Under the pieces are notes generated by a model. That model saw only the letters and a program-made list of their open reading frames with translations. It was not told the origin of the DNA and did no database searches. The translations under genes were made by a program, and so were the position numbers. DNA of 64,000 bases, from NCBI GenBank assembly GCA_029567195.1, contig JAKQLJ010000020.1:3971-67970 (forward strand), given 5' to 3'. Origin of the DNA: a bacterium (GTDB lineage Bacteria; Patescibacteriota; Minisyncoccia; Moranbacterales; UBA2206). Position 1 is the stretch's first letter. Each line of letters opens with the position of its first letter. Below are positions 39,274 through 50,105 of the stretch, one piece after another.

Positions 39274-40434
39274 ATGAGGGTATTATTTTTCAATTACGAA
39301 TATCCGCCTCTTGGTGGGGGAGCAGCCAATGCTACCTCTTATATTTTGCATGAATTTAAACACATCTCTGACTTGAAGGTAGATTTGGTGACTTCTTCCA
39401 TAGATAATAATTTTCATCTGGAAAAAATAGGGGAAAATATCATAATTCACAAGCTTCCTGTAGGAAAAAATAAAAAAAATCTTCATTATCAGTCACAAAA
39501 AGATTTGCTCGTTTATTCATGGAAAGCTTATTTTTACGCCCGGAAATTGGTAAAAAAAGAGAAATACGATCTCTCACATTCCTTTTTTTCTGTTCCTTGC
39601 GGTTTTATTTCCTGGATTTTAAAAATCCAATATAAAATTCCCTATATTGTTTCTTTGAGGGGGGCGGATGTCCCTGGTTATAGTGAAAGATTTTCTTTTT
39701 GGTATTGGCTGTATACTCCGATAATAAAAATGGTGTGGTCCGGCGCCAAAGCGGTTATTTCCAATAGCCAAGGCTTAAAAGAGTTGGCGCTGAAATCAAG
39801 TCCAAAAAAAGAAATAGGCGTTATTTTTAACGGAATAAATATAAATGACTTTCGGCCGGACGGCAGTCGGAAACCGGAAGACAGATTTATCATTACCAAT
39901 GGCGCTACCAGGCTTACGGCCAGAAAAGGAACGGAATATTTAATAAGGGCAATTTTTTTGCTGATTAAAAAATATCCCCAAATCCGGCTAAAAATCATAG
40001 GTGATGGCAGTGACAGCGAAGATCTTAAAAAACTTTCTTGTAAATTAAAGCTGGAAAAAAATATAGAATTTTTAGGGCGTGTTCCCCATGAGGATGTCCA
40101 AAAATATTATCAGGAAGCGTCTGTTTTTGTTTTGCCGTCGTTAAACGAAGGAATGAGCAATGCGATGCTGGAAGCCCTGTCATCGGGCCTGCCTATTTTG
40201 GCTACTGATACTGGAGGGACAAAAGAATTGATAAGGGAAGGAGAAAACGGTTTCATAATAAAAATGAGAGACAGCGCAGATATAGCGGAAAAAATTGAAA
40301 AATTAATAGAAGATAAAAATTTGCGCCAAAAGATGGCCCAGAACAGCCGAGAAATGGCCAAAAAACTAAGTTGGAAGAATGTGGCGGATAAATATTACCA
40401 ATTGTATGAAAAAATATCTAAAAATATTTCTTAA
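39274..40434 (+). CDS. Glycosyltransferase family 4
   Basis: MRVLFFNYEYPPLGGGAANA, and LPSLNEGMSNAMLEALSSGLPILATDTGGTKELI. Confidence 0.75.
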   Translation: MRVLFFNYEYPPLGGGAANATSYILHEFKHISDLKVDLVTSSIDNNFHLEKIGENIIIHKLPVGKNKKNLHYQSQKDLLVYSWKAYFYARKLVKKEKYDLSHSFFSVPCGFISWILKIQYKIPYIVSLRGADVPGYSERFSFWYWLYTPIIKMVWSGAKAVISNSQGLKELALKSSPKKEIGVIFNGININDFRPDGSRKPEDRFIITNGATRLTARKGTEYLIRAIFLLIKKYPQIRLKIIGDGSDSEDLKKLSCKLKLEKNIEFLGRVPHEDVQKYYQEASVFVLPSLNEGMSNAMLEALSSGLPILATDTGGTKELIREGENGFIIKMRDSADIAEKIEKLIEDKNLRQKMAQNSREMAKKLSWKNVADKYYQLYEKISKNIS

Positions 40435-41335
40435 AATTTTAGTCAGTCTTTTTTTTCTGTGGCTGGTTGTTTATAAGACCGACTGGCCGGAGGTAATGTT
40501 TTATCTTAAAAAAATAGAGATCTGGCAGATAATATTATATGTCGTTGTCTTGCTTTTGGGTATACTCATTTCCGCTTATAAGTGGAAAAAGCTGGCAGAA
40601 TTCAAGGAAATTAATTCTTCTCTTTGGGATTTTTTCAAGCTTTATCTGGTAGGAACTTTTATCAATAATTTTATGCCTTCCTTTATTGCTGGCGATGCTT
40701 TTAAGGCTTATGCCATAGCCGGAAAGGAAAAAAAATACAACGAAGCCGTTTCCACCGTTATGATGGACAGAATCACGGGACTAATTGGGATAATGATCCT
40801 TTCCCTCATGTGCAGTATTTTGAATTTTAAAATGGTGTTGGGAAACGGAATTTTGATAACCATTAACATTCTTATCATTCTTTCTCTCTTTGCTGATATT
40901 ATCATTGCTGAACTTAAAAAAATAACTTTTCTAAAAAATTGGGTGTCCAGGGTTATGCCGAAAAGAGTGATTGATTTTCTTCGCGAGCTTTATAGCTATA
41001 ATAATAATTCTGAAATAATAAAAAAAACCATCTTTCTTTCTTTGGTTTTTTCTCTTGTCGGCGTGGCTTTTTTAAATTATATTCTTTTTTGGGGGCTGGG
41101 AATAGAAATCGGGTTTCTGGATTATCTCTCCGTCATTTTTATAATTAGCATCATTTCTTCCCTTCCTATAAGCATTAACAATATCGGGCTTAAGGAATGG
41201 GCTTATATCACTTTTTTCGGCCTATTTGGCGTAACTTCCGGAGCAGTGGTGGCTGTTTCCGTCATCAGCCGATTTTTGCAGATGGCGGTAAGCTTTTTTG
41301 CCCTGCCGGCTTACCTGAAAGCCAAGAAAAAATAA
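40406..41335 (+). CDS. Flippase-like membrane protein (UPF0104 / LPG-synthase TM-domain family)
   Basis: About 8 TM helices. The N-terminus MKKYLKIFLKILVSLFFLWLVVYKTDW resembles UPF0104 family openers. Start chosen at the internal ATG (40406). Confidence 0.45.
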   Translation: MKKYLKIFLKILVSLFFLWLVVYKTDWPEVMFYLKKIEIWQIILYVVVLLLGILISAYKWKKLAEFKEINSSLWDFFKLYLVGTFINNFMPSFIAGDAFKAYAIAGKEKKYNEAVSTVMMDRITGLIGIMILSLMCSILNFKMVLGNGILITINILIILSLFADIIIAELKKITFLKNWVSRVMPKRVIDFLRELYSYNNNSEIIKKTIFLSLVFSLVGVAFLNYILFWGLGIEIGFLDYLSVIFIISIISSLPISINNIGLKEWAYITFFGLFGVTSGAVVAVSVISRFLQMAVSFFALPAYLKAKKK

Positions 41336-41341
41336 TCAGCA

Positions 41342-42361
41342 TCAGTGCCCTATTTTTTCCAAATGCACCCCATTTTTGTTCCACTCCAGAAAGGCCCAGC
41401 TTCCTTGGTTATTGCTTAGCCTGTTTATGACAAAGTATTTTATCCCATCTCTTTCTTCTTCATGCCAGATGTGGGCGTCGCCGGAAACGGCGATTATTTT
41501 TTTGCCGCTTTCTTTGAGTATTTTTTGAACTTCACCGGCATTGTCTATTTCATAAATTTTTTCACCGGTATCAAGCCTGAAAAGGGGATGATGGCTGATA
41601 ATGATCACTTTTTCTTTTTTTGTTTTTTCCAGCTCATTTCGGAGCCAGTCCAATTGGAGGAGGGAAATTTTTCCCCGGTCAAAAGAACGACTGTTTCTTA
41701 TGTTTTTTTCTTCCCTGAAATAGGAGTCTTTTCGCCGGTCTTTTTCCCATTCCAATCTTTCCCGGGAAATATTATTTTTTTTTGAGAAATTATCAAACTT
41801 TTCCTGGTCTTTTAATATGTCCCGATAAAGTTCATATTGAGTTTTTAACTCTTGGCAATTTTCATCTTCCGAGCATCTATTTTGAGTTCCTTCTCCGCCG
41901 GTCGCGGTGTCCAGAATAATTATTTTAAAATTTTTCAATTCTATCGAATAGTAGGAACTTTTTAATCGGTTGGTTCTTAACCAAAAATCAAAAGAAGAAG
42001 AATTATCAATATCATGGTCGCCCAAAACGTTTAAAAAAGGAAAATTTTTATTGGAAAAATAGTCTACTGTTTGTCTCAGATCAATCTCGGCTGTTTCGTG
42101 GCATTTACCTACGCGATAACTCAAGAGATCGCCAAGATTTATAATTGCATCCGCTTTTTCCGTCTCAACATCAGTTGTAAAATCATTCAACAGCCCGTCT
42201 TTTTCTATTTCCGGACTAAAAGGCAGGCATTTATGCATATCAGCGATGAGTGCCAATTTCAATTGCTCGTTTTTTTCTTCCTTTTTTATTTTTAAAAATA
42301 TAAAAAATATGGAAAAGATAAAAAGGATAAAAATCGCGGAAAAGATGATATTTTTTTTCAT
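41342..42361 (-). CDS. Metallophosphoesterase (calcineurin-like) with N-terminal membrane anchor
   Basis: LALIADMH, INLGDLL, GDHD and SHHP motifs are in the expected order. Confidence 0.6.
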   Translation of the reverse strand: MKKNIIFSAIFILFIFSIFFIFLKIKKEEKNEQLKLALIADMHKCLPFSPEIEKDGLLNDFTTDVETEKADAIINLGDLLSYRVGKCHETAEIDLRQTVDYFSNKNFPFLNVLGDHDIDNSSSFDFWLRTNRLKSSYYSIELKNFKIIILDTATGGEGTQNRCSEDENCQELKTQYELYRDILKDQEKFDNFSKKNNISRERLEWEKDRRKDSYFREEKNIRNSRSFDRGKISLLQLDWLRNELEKTKKEKVIIISHHPLFRLDTGEKIYEIDNAGEVQKILKESGKKIIAVSGDAHIWHEEERDGIKYFVINRLSNNQGSWAFLEWNKNGVHLEKIGH

Positions 42362-42365
42362 AATT

Positions 42366-43952
42366 TTAATTTTTTCCTTCCAATGCCAAAACGGTAAACC
42401 GGCCCAGATTTTTTGAAGCTAGGGTTAGATAACAACATTCATTTTCCGTTTCTGCGTCTTTTGCGTTCTTACTTTTTATAACCATAAATAAAATCGAGTT
42501 TTTGTCCAGTTTTTCTCCGGAAAGGACGGAGATGTTCACACCGGCTCTTTTGTTCAGGTAATTAACAGACCGGCTGAACTCGAAAGGGTAAAGGTAGAGT
42601 TTTTTTCCTGTTTTCTCATTTTTCTTTTGGGAAAAATCATGGATAAATTGGGAAATATCTCGCGCTTCTTTCAGACTTATTCCTCCATAAATATCACTTT
42701 TACCGTTATAATTTTCCAAATCATAAACATTTTTATATGTTTTCAAATTGAAAAAGGCCGAAACTAAAGCGACTAAGGCCATAGCCAGATAAACCGTTTT
42801 TTTATCCAAAAATCTGCTAAAAAAATTGATTAAAAGACCTAAAAAAATAAAAGGCAGAAAGACCAGGACGATGAAAAATCGTAAATTTAATTCGCTGGCC
42901 AGAGGCAAAAACAGAACAAAAGAAAAAGCGAATGACAAAAGGACAAGTCCCAAAAATTTTTTTCTTTTTTCTTCTTTCTCTTTTTGAAAAGACAATATTA
43001 ATCTTATTAACCCAAAAAGAAAAAACAAGCTGCCTGAAAAAGCGGCAATTATTTCCTTGGAGGCGCCAGAGCTGACCAGTTTTTTTACTTTTAGCCAATT
43101 TTTTTGAGGTTCATAGGAAGAAAGGACATAAAAATTTCCCTGCACAAAGAACTGTCCTTCCGCCAAAATATTTTTTACTATCGTGCCGTCTGCTTCTGTT
43201 TTCTTTTCAGCTCCCTTGAAGAAAGAATTAATGTTGTTGCCATTATTTTTTATATCCGAAATTAAAAACGGCAAATTTAAAACGATAGCAATGGTAAAAA
43301 CATAAAGCAATTTGGCTAAAATTTTATTTTGTTTTTTGAAATAGAGAAAAATAAAAGCCGTTGCGACAAGTGCCGGCATCAAAAAAAGAAGAATTGTGTG
43401 CAATTGAATGCCTATGCCCAAAGCTATTCCCAAAATGACAGGCCAAACAAAATCTTTTCTTTCTCTCTTGCCGGCAATTTTTAAAATGGCAATCAAAAAA
43501 AGAAGGATAAAAAAAGGAATAACATTGGGGTTCCAGGCAAAGCGGGAATATTTAATGGCATAAAAAGATGTAGCGTAAAGAAAGCTCAAAAAAAGGGAAA
43601 GAGGTGGCGAAAAATAGTAGCGCAGAAAAAGAAAGAAAAGGGGAATGGAAAGAGTAGCGAGAAGAGGAATGAAAAAAGCCATACCGGCTGGATTATGGCC
43701 GAAAAGAAAAGCGGAAATATATTCCAAATAATAAAAAGCCGGTCCCAACTTGAAAGTGGTTCCGCCGGCTTTTGGGCCAAGGAGGGGAAATTCATTTTTA
43801 TCCATCATTTGGTCAATCACGCTTGCATCCCTTGCCTGGTCGGCGTTAAAGCGGAGAAGATCGGAGAATTGGTAAAATCTCAAAAATCCTCCAATAAAAG
43901 TGATAAGAATTAGCAATAATATAATTTTTCTTCTTTTGATGAAGTTAGTCAT
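42366..43952 (-). CDS. GT-C membrane glycosyltransferase, ArnT/PMT-like (GT39/GT83 family)
   Basis: FLRFYQFSDLLRFNADQARDA...LGPKAGGTTFKLGPAFYY resembles the ArnT/PMT N-terminal loop motif. More than 10 TM helices. Paralog of 48232-50076. Confidence 0.6.
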   Translation of the reverse strand: MTNFIKRRKIILLLILITFIGGFLRFYQFSDLLRFNADQARDASVIDQMMDKNEFPLLGPKAGGTTFKLGPAFYYLEYISAFLFGHNPAGMAFFIPLLATLSIPLFFLFLRYYFSPPLSLFLSFLYATSFYAIKYSRFAWNPNVIPFFILLFLIAILKIAGKRERKDFVWPVILGIALGIGIQLHTILLFLMPALVATAFIFLYFKKQNKILAKLLYVFTIAIVLNLPFLISDIKNNGNNINSFFKGAEKKTEADGTIVKNILAEGQFFVQGNFYVLSSYEPQKNWLKVKKLVSSGASKEIIAAFSGSLFFLFGLIRLILSFQKEKEEKRKKFLGLVLLSFAFSFVLFLPLASELNLRFFIVLVFLPFIFLGLLINFFSRFLDKKTVYLAMALVALVSAFFNLKTYKNVYDLENYNGKSDIYGGISLKEARDISQFIHDFSQKKNEKTGKKLYLYPFEFSRSVNYLNKRAGVNISVLSGEKLDKNSILFMVIKSKNAKDAETENECCYLTLASKNLGRFTVLALEGKN

Positions 43953-43955
43953 TTT

Positions 43956-45845
43956 TTAATTTTCAAATTTTATTATTTTTACAAAATTGTCCGGACGTCC
44001 GTCAATAAAAAGCGCCCACTCGTAATCAGTTTTCATTTTTTCAAAATAATAGCCGCTGTCCTTTCCGGTAAAATCCGGGTTGGTAAAGACGAATCTTTTT
44101 TTAACTTTCAAATCTCCTCTTTTGGAAATGACAAAATAATCAGGCCGGACGATGTTAAGATCTATTTTTCTGGAGTTTAGGCATTTGCCGTGGAAAAACT
44201 GGCAAATGGTGGCAGTGTTGGACCAAATGATCTTATTTTGGGCGTCAGGAAGAGAGTTGAGATACTGAGCCGCTTCATAAGAGCCGTGCCCCCAGGAATT
44301 ATTAATGGTGAATTTTTTGGGAAGCATGGAATTGGCGTAACTGAAATAGAAGGGACGGATGGACCAAAGCGAATAAAAACTGGTAAAAAAAATAAGACAA
44401 GCGCTGAGGATGAGGATTTTTTTGTTTTTAGATTTTAAAACTTCCAAAAATTCTATCAATGCCACAGCGGAAAGAATGGAAAACAGCGGGTAAAGGATGA
44501 TACTGTAGCGAACGTTGGTTACCACTTTGGTAAAAAGAGTGGCGGTGAAATAGATAAGAAAAAAAGAAAGAGTAAAAAATAGGACGGAGAAAGTCCGGTT
44601 GGTTAATTTTCCGGAAAATGACCGGTAGGAAAGAAAAATAACCAAAAGAAGACCGAGGGGAGTAAGAGAGAAAACGAAAGGATAAAATTCCATCAGCAGC
44701 AGTTTTATGTTTTTTTCAATTACTCCGTCGTTGGCCAAAAGTTTTCCAAAATTAAATTCTTTCGGTTCGTTGGCATAGGCGGCGTCACGAAGAAGATCAA
44801 AAGGAATCGCCTTTTGGCCGCTCCAAACGTTCAGAAAAATGGGAATTATCACCAGGAAAAACATCAAAGAAACAAGAATTATGATAACCGATCTCTTTTT
44901 TCTTAAAAATCCGACTAATTGTTCAAAAATATTTTTTTTGAAGAAAATTATTGCTCCCAGAATAAAAACCAAAAAAGCGCCGATTAAAAAATTGTCTTTA
45001 TTTATAAATTGGGAAATTCCCTTCAAGAGGTATTCCGGCTTAACAAAAACAGCCGGCAAGAGGACGGAAAAAATGGCAATGGCAATGGCAAAAATAAGGG
45101 CAACATTTAAAAATTCTTTGCCTAGGAATTTGTAGTCAGTTTTCGGGCTGTTTTTCGGGTCATCGAAAATAATTTTTGCCAAAATGGCTAAAAGATAAAA
45201 AAGAAAAAGAGTAACGGCGGTGTATTTGGAAAGAATAGAAAAACCGGAAAAAATTCCGGCTAAAATCAAAAATTTCTTTTCTCTTTTGTTTTGAAAAGCG
45301 AGAAAAGAAAAAATGGACAAACTGGCAAAAATCCACAAAAAACTATCAGGATTTATGATTTGAGAAATGCCGACGATAACGGGATTTAAAGAAAGAAACA
45401 TCACGGAAAAAAGCGCCAGCCACCAGAAATCAAAGGCTTTAAAAGCCAGCCATAATAACAGCGGCAAGGAGAGAACGGAAAGTAGAAGAATCGGCAGGCG
45501 AAAAAGCAAATTAATAAGCTCGGTTTTAGAGGTGTCAAAAAGGGTAAAAAGACCGCCCTGAGTGGCAATAGGATCAACTATTTTGTGAGTTTCCGGATTA
45601 GGCTCAAAAAGAAGAGCGGAACCGGAAAAAAGAGCGATGGTTACACCGGGCTTATCATTTATGTAAGTTTTCTTCCAATCTTTGTTTTCTATGGCTTGCC
45701 AATATTGCTTTATCCGGCCGTATTTCCATAAATGTTCGTCGGTGGTTTCAAATTTAGTCAAATGGTAAAGACCGAAGGCGAAAAACAATATCACCGAAGC
45801 CAGAAAAAAAATAACAACGATTGCTTTTTCATTTTTCAAATTCAT
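43956..45845 (-). CDS. GT-C membrane glycosyltransferase, ArnT/PMT-like
   Basis: LYHLTKFETTDEHLWKYGRI...DKPGVTIALFSG, and a C-terminal soluble domain. Tandem paralog of 45850-48219. Confidence 0.55.
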   Translation of the reverse strand: MNLKNEKAIVVIFFLASVILFFAFGLYHLTKFETTDEHLWKYGRIKQYWQAIENKDWKKTYINDKPGVTIALFSGSALLFEPNPETHKIVDPIATQGGLFTLFDTSKTELINLLFRLPILLLSVLSLPLLLWLAFKAFDFWWLALFSVMFLSLNPVIVGISQIINPDSFLWIFASLSIFSFLAFQNKREKKFLILAGIFSGFSILSKYTAVTLFLFYLLAILAKIIFDDPKNSPKTDYKFLGKEFLNVALIFAIAIAIFSVLLPAVFVKPEYLLKGISQFINKDNFLIGAFLVFILGAIIFFKKNIFEQLVGFLRKKRSVIIILVSLMFFLVIIPIFLNVWSGQKAIPFDLLRDAAYANEPKEFNFGKLLANDGVIEKNIKLLLMEFYPFVFSLTPLGLLLVIFLSYRSFSGKLTNRTFSVLFFTLSFFLIYFTATLFTKVVTNVRYSIILYPLFSILSAVALIEFLEVLKSKNKKILILSACLIFFTSFYSLWSIRPFYFSYANSMLPKKFTINNSWGHGSYEAAQYLNSLPDAQNKIIWSNTATICQFFHGKCLNSRKIDLNIVRPDYFVISKRGDLKVKKRFVFTNPDFTGKDSGYYFEKMKTDYEWALFIDGRPDNFVKIIKFEN

Positions 45846-45849
45846 AAGT

Positions 45850-48219
45850 TTATAGTTTTTGGATAAATTCTACCTTGGAGACGGAAAATATTTTTATAAA
45901 ATTATTCGGCCGGCCGCCAATTTCGATATTAAAATCCCAATCTGGGGAGTCATAGAGGGGGTAAATTTTTAAGGATGTCAGTCCGGCGTTCAAATGATTG
46001 AGGTTCATGCCGGTTGTTCGGTTTTCTCTGCCTGAAGATACGACAAAATAATCAAATTGAACATTGTCTTCATGCGTAAACTCCACGCCGATATAGCATC
46101 TTCCTTTAAAAAAAGAACAAACGCCTTTTTTATCCGTCCAAACGCCAAGATTTTTGGCGTTAGGCAAATTATTCAGATACTGAGCCGCCTCAAAGGAGCC
46201 GTCTCCCATATCCTTAAGATTGAGAACGTATTTTTTAGGCAGTAGATCGGAAGCATAACTGAAATAAAAAGGCTTTATGGAAAAAAGGCTGAAAAGCGAA
46301 AAAATAATCAGTAAAGAATATAAAAAGATATATTTACCTCGTGCCAGATATGTTCCTTGGTCAAATTCGCCGGTGCGGGTTTTGCGATAACCCAAGTAGT
46401 TTAGAAAATGATGAATTCCGATGGCGGCCAAAATAAAGCCGATAGGGAAAATGATGACCTGATATCTTATGGTCGCGCCGACCAGGTTAATGGTGGAAGC
46501 AAAATAATAAAGAAGAATGAAGAGGACAAAATAAAAAGTTAAAACAGAGTGGGGCGAAAAGTCGTTTTTCCGGAGAGTCTTTTTGATGACAAAAATAATT
46601 AAAAATATAATTGACAAAAAAGCGATGGGCGATATGCCAAAAATCAGGGAATAGAAACTGGAGAAAAAGAGGCCAAAAAATCCAGTTTCCCTGTAAGAAG
46701 TTTTGGGCGAAGCCAGAATTGATTCAAAATCGTACCATTTCATGCCTAAATAAGTATTGGCAAGGACAAAGGCGATGCTTAAGACAAAAAATAAAAGAAA
46801 GGAACAAAGCAGATGCTTTCTTTTTTTAATTAAGGTGGCAATAAGAAAAGATGATATTTTTCCCTTAAGGGCGGAAAGATCAAAAAAAAGAAAAATCATA
46901 ATGGCCGAAAAAAGAAGGTAAACTTTTTGAAAAGCCTGAGAAAAAATTGTGCCTTTAAGAACCAGGGACGGCTCAATCCAGGCGGCTGGCAGAAAAAGGA
47001 AAAAAACCAAAAGGGAGAAAAAAACCAGAACGACATAATCGGCAAGATTTTTTTTAAGGTAGTCTTTCCAAGAAATTGATTTATATTTTTGGCAGTTAAA
47101 CAGATATTCCAAAAACAGAAGAGCGAGAAAAAAAACATAAAAAATATTGGCCACATATTTGGTCAACAGGGAAAAACCCAGAAAGAGTCCGCTGAGATAA
47201 AGATACCGGTCTTTCCTGTCTCTTTGATAGATTATAAAACTCAAAAGGACGCAGGAAGAAAAAATCCAAAGGAGGGCGTCTGGATTTATAATTCGAGAAA
47301 TTCCCAGAAGAATAGGGGAGAGACCGATAAAAATGATGGCTATCAAAGATGTTTCTTTTCCCAGGAGTTTTCGGATAAAAAAATAAAGAAGAAAAAGGGA
47401 CAGGGAGCTGAAAAAGAGAATGGGGAGGCGCATAAAAAAATTCATTTCTTCCACATTTTTTTCTGGCGGGTTGATCTGGCTTTTGAATCTGGTTGATTCG
47501 TAATCTTCCGGATTGACAAAATTAAGTCCCGCGCCGGAAAGAAGAGCCACCGTTATGCCGGGCTTGTCGCTGACATTGGTTTTATACCATTCCCAATCTT
47601 TCAAGTTTTCCCAAAATTTGGGAATTCTGTCAAAAGTCCAAAGCGCTTCATCAACTGCTGAGAATTTTGCCAGATGATAAAGGCCAAAACCAAAGTTTAA
47701 AATTACAACTGTCAGGACCAGGATTATTTCCGCCCGGTTTTTTTTATCGAATATTTTTCCAAAAACGGAAAAGTAATTTTTAATCTTAAAAACGCCTTCT
47801 TTTTTCCTTGCTTTCCAATGAATGATTGTAAAAGCCATAAGAAGAAAAAAAGCGATAATGGAGAGGGGAACAAAATGGTTGATGTTGTAGCAAAAAAGAC
47901 TGCTAGCTTTTTGGCATATCAGCTGATCCAGAGCATAAATCAATACGGCCTGAGTAGGAAAAAAGACGATAATGATTTCCTTGATAATTTTTGGCACGCT
48001 TCTGTTTTTCAGAAAAACCAAGGAAATTACCATAAAAGACAAAAAAATGATCAGATAAGAAAGGGCAAAATAATCCCAAATTTTTCCCGGATCGGAGGGT
48101 GCATTAAACAAGCTGATCCATCGAGGTCGATAAAAGGCGAAGAAAAAGGCGTTAAGAAAGGAAATGAAAGAAATAACCCCAAATGCTACTTTTTTTGAGC
48201 TATTGGTGAAAAAAATCAT
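45850..48219 (-). CDS. GT-C membrane glycosyltransferase, ArnT/PMT-like (paralog of 43956-45845)
   Basis: LYHLAKFSAVDEALWTFDRI...DKPGITVALLSG. At 789 aa it has additional N-terminal TM helices. Confidence 0.55.
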   Translation of the reverse strand: MIFFTNSSKKVAFGVISFISFLNAFFFAFYRPRWISLFNAPSDPGKIWDYFALSYLIIFLSFMVISLVFLKNRSVPKIIKEIIIVFFPTQAVLIYALDQLICQKASSLFCYNINHFVPLSIIAFFLLMAFTIIHWKARKKEGVFKIKNYFSVFGKIFDKKNRAEIILVLTVVILNFGFGLYHLAKFSAVDEALWTFDRIPKFWENLKDWEWYKTNVSDKPGITVALLSGAGLNFVNPEDYESTRFKSQINPPEKNVEEMNFFMRLPILFFSSLSLFLLYFFIRKLLGKETSLIAIIFIGLSPILLGISRIINPDALLWIFSSCVLLSFIIYQRDRKDRYLYLSGLFLGFSLLTKYVANIFYVFFLALLFLEYLFNCQKYKSISWKDYLKKNLADYVVLVFFSLLVFFLFLPAAWIEPSLVLKGTIFSQAFQKVYLLFSAIMIFLFFDLSALKGKISSFLIATLIKKRKHLLCSFLLFFVLSIAFVLANTYLGMKWYDFESILASPKTSYRETGFFGLFFSSFYSLIFGISPIAFLSIIFLIIFVIKKTLRKNDFSPHSVLTFYFVLFILLYYFASTINLVGATIRYQVIIFPIGFILAAIGIHHFLNYLGYRKTRTGEFDQGTYLARGKYIFLYSLLIIFSLFSLFSIKPFYFSYASDLLPKKYVLNLKDMGDGSFEAAQYLNNLPNAKNLGVWTDKKGVCSFFKGRCYIGVEFTHEDNVQFDYFVVSSGRENRTTGMNLNHLNAGLTSLKIYPLYDSPDWDFNIEIGGRPNNFIKIFSVSKVEFIQKL

Positions 48220-48231
48220 ATCGGATAACGT

Positions 48232-50076
48232 TTGCCAAATGGCTTAATAATGATTAAAATAAAGAAAGATACGCATCCTCATTATAAACCAAACAACATG
48301 AAAAATAAAGTCCTGGTGATGTTTAAAAATAAGTATTTTCTGGTCTTTCTGGCAATTATGTTTTTGGGTATTTTCTTGAGAGCCTACCATTTTTCCGACT
48401 GGCTTCATTTCGAATTGGATCAGGCGCGGGACGCTAAAATTACCGATTTGGCTTACCGGGAAGGAGTGGAAAATCTGCCGCTTTTGGGACCGAAAGCGGC
48501 TGGCACTTTTTTGCGGCTAGGACCGGTTTTCTATTATTTTAATTATCTGACTGTTGTTATTTTTGGTAATAATCCGGCTGGAAATGCTGCCAGTTCGCTT
48601 ATTTTTGGCGTTTTATCTATTGTCGTTTTTTATTTTTTAATGAAACGATATTTTGGGGAGAAGATATCCTTGCTTTTAGCGCTTCTTTTTTCTTCTTCCA
48701 TTTTTCTGGTTGTCTACTCGCGTTTTGCCTGGAATCCTAATCCGATTCCTTTTTTCTCTCTTTTGCTTTTTCTTTCTCTTCTCAAGGTGACCGATAAAAA
48801 TGAAAAAAGAAGGGGGGTTTGGCTGGTAGTTTCCGGATTTTCCCTGGCCTGTGTCACGCATATGCATTTTTTGGCTTTTGTTTCCATGCCGGTTATAACC
48901 GCGCTATTTTTGCTTATAAAGTGGCCGAAAATAGCCTGGAAATATTGGCTAATGAGCCTTATGGTGATATTTCTTCTTTATCTTCCGCCAATAATCAACG
49001 ATATCGCCACCGGCGGAGATAATTACGGCCAGTTTTTCAAGGTGGCCGAAGGAAAATCAAATAAAGATGATCACAATTTGCCGGAAAAAGTAATCAAGAA
49101 TTATAAAGAAAATTCTCTCGGATATTTTCTGATTCTGACCGGCCAGGGGCGAACAGAATTGCCAAAAGTGGAAATAAAAAACGAAGTCAATTTGACTTGC
49201 GATCCGAATTGTATGACAAAAGTAAATCTGGGCATGGTGGCGCTGGTTGTTTTTACTGTAGGATTGGGATTGATGATTTTTTATTTCTGGAAAGGGCGAA
49301 AAAATGAAAATAATGATTTTTTGACGCTTTCAGTTTTATGGTTTGCTGTTATTTTCGGCCTTTATACCCTGATTGCTTTTGACATTTCCCCGCGTTTTTG
49401 GCTGGCAGTTTCCGGCTTGCCCTTTATTTTTCTCGGGCTGTTTTTGAAAAGCCTGGAAGATTATTCCCGATTAAACAAGAATCTTATAAATATTTTAGTA
49501 TTCCTTCTGGTGGGAGTCTTGGTGTTTTTTAATCTTTGGGAAGTTAAAAAAAGATTTTGGCAGTATGCCAATGCCCATCAAGAAAGCTTTGCCATTGAAA
49601 CGGATAAAATTTTAAAAGAAAGAACCCGCGTGACTTTGGAACAGCAGTATTTGATTATTGATTATATCGTTGACTTTTATGAAAAAAACAAATATCCGGT
49701 TTATCTTAACAGTGATCCCCAGTTTCGCCGTTCTTTTGTTTTTCATCTGAAAAATAAATCAATTCCCAATGATGATTGGCGAAATGCGGTTATTGGCGGA
49801 AAAGTTTATGCTGAAGGCAACTATTTTCTGGTTTATCCCACGCTTTCTAGCTGGACAGGCGACGTTCAAAAATATGAAAATAATTACCGGTTGATTGATA
49901 AAAAGGAATTTGGAACATTGACCGTTTTTCATCTGGAACCGCTTCCCGGAGCGATTAATTCCCAAAGGCAGGAATTTGAAGAAGATGGAAAAAATAGTAG
50001 CGCACCCGGTGTGCCGGTTCGTTATCAGTGGGATGAAATATTCAATGACGACAGTGAAACCGAAGAAGAAAATTAA
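48232..50076 (+). CDS. GT-C membrane glycosyltransferase, ArnT/PMT-like (paralog of 42366-43952)
   Basis: FLRAYHFSDWLHFELDQARDA...LGPKAAGTFLRLGPVFYY. The likely true start is downstream (MKNKVLVMF, ~48298). Confidence 0.6.
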   Translation: MPNGLIMIKIKKDTHPHYKPNNMKNKVLVMFKNKYFLVFLAIMFLGIFLRAYHFSDWLHFELDQARDAKITDLAYREGVENLPLLGPKAAGTFLRLGPVFYYFNYLTVVIFGNNPAGNAASSLIFGVLSIVVFYFLMKRYFGEKISLLLALLFSSSIFLVVYSRFAWNPNPIPFFSLLLFLSLLKVTDKNEKRRGVWLVVSGFSLACVTHMHFLAFVSMPVITALFLLIKWPKIAWKYWLMSLMVIFLLYLPPIINDIATGGDNYGQFFKVAEGKSNKDDHNLPEKVIKNYKENSLGYFLILTGQGRTELPKVEIKNEVNLTCDPNCMTKVNLGMVALVVFTVGLGLMIFYFWKGRKNENNDFLTLSVLWFAVIFGLYTLIAFDISPRFWLAVSGLPFIFLGLFLKSLEDYSRLNKNLINILVFLLVGVLVFFNLWEVKKRFWQYANAHQESFAIETDKILKERTRVTLEQQYLIIDYIVDFYEKNKYPVYLNSDPQFRRSFVFHLKNKSIPNDDWRNAVIGGKVYAEGNYFLVYPTLSSWTGDVQKYENNYRLIDKKEFGTLTVFHLEPLPGAINSQRQEFEEDGKNSSAPGVPVRYQWDEIFNDDSETEEEN

Positions 50077-50105
50077 AATTATTTTTAATAAAATTAATAA
50101 AATAA

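Noticed and set aside
47089-47496. 135-aa Lys-rich plus-strand ORF (and 46611-46829, 47818-48198) inside the GT-C gene 45850-48219
   Set aside because: Poly-K/E low-complexity translations of the antisense strand of a membrane-protein gene. No independent support.
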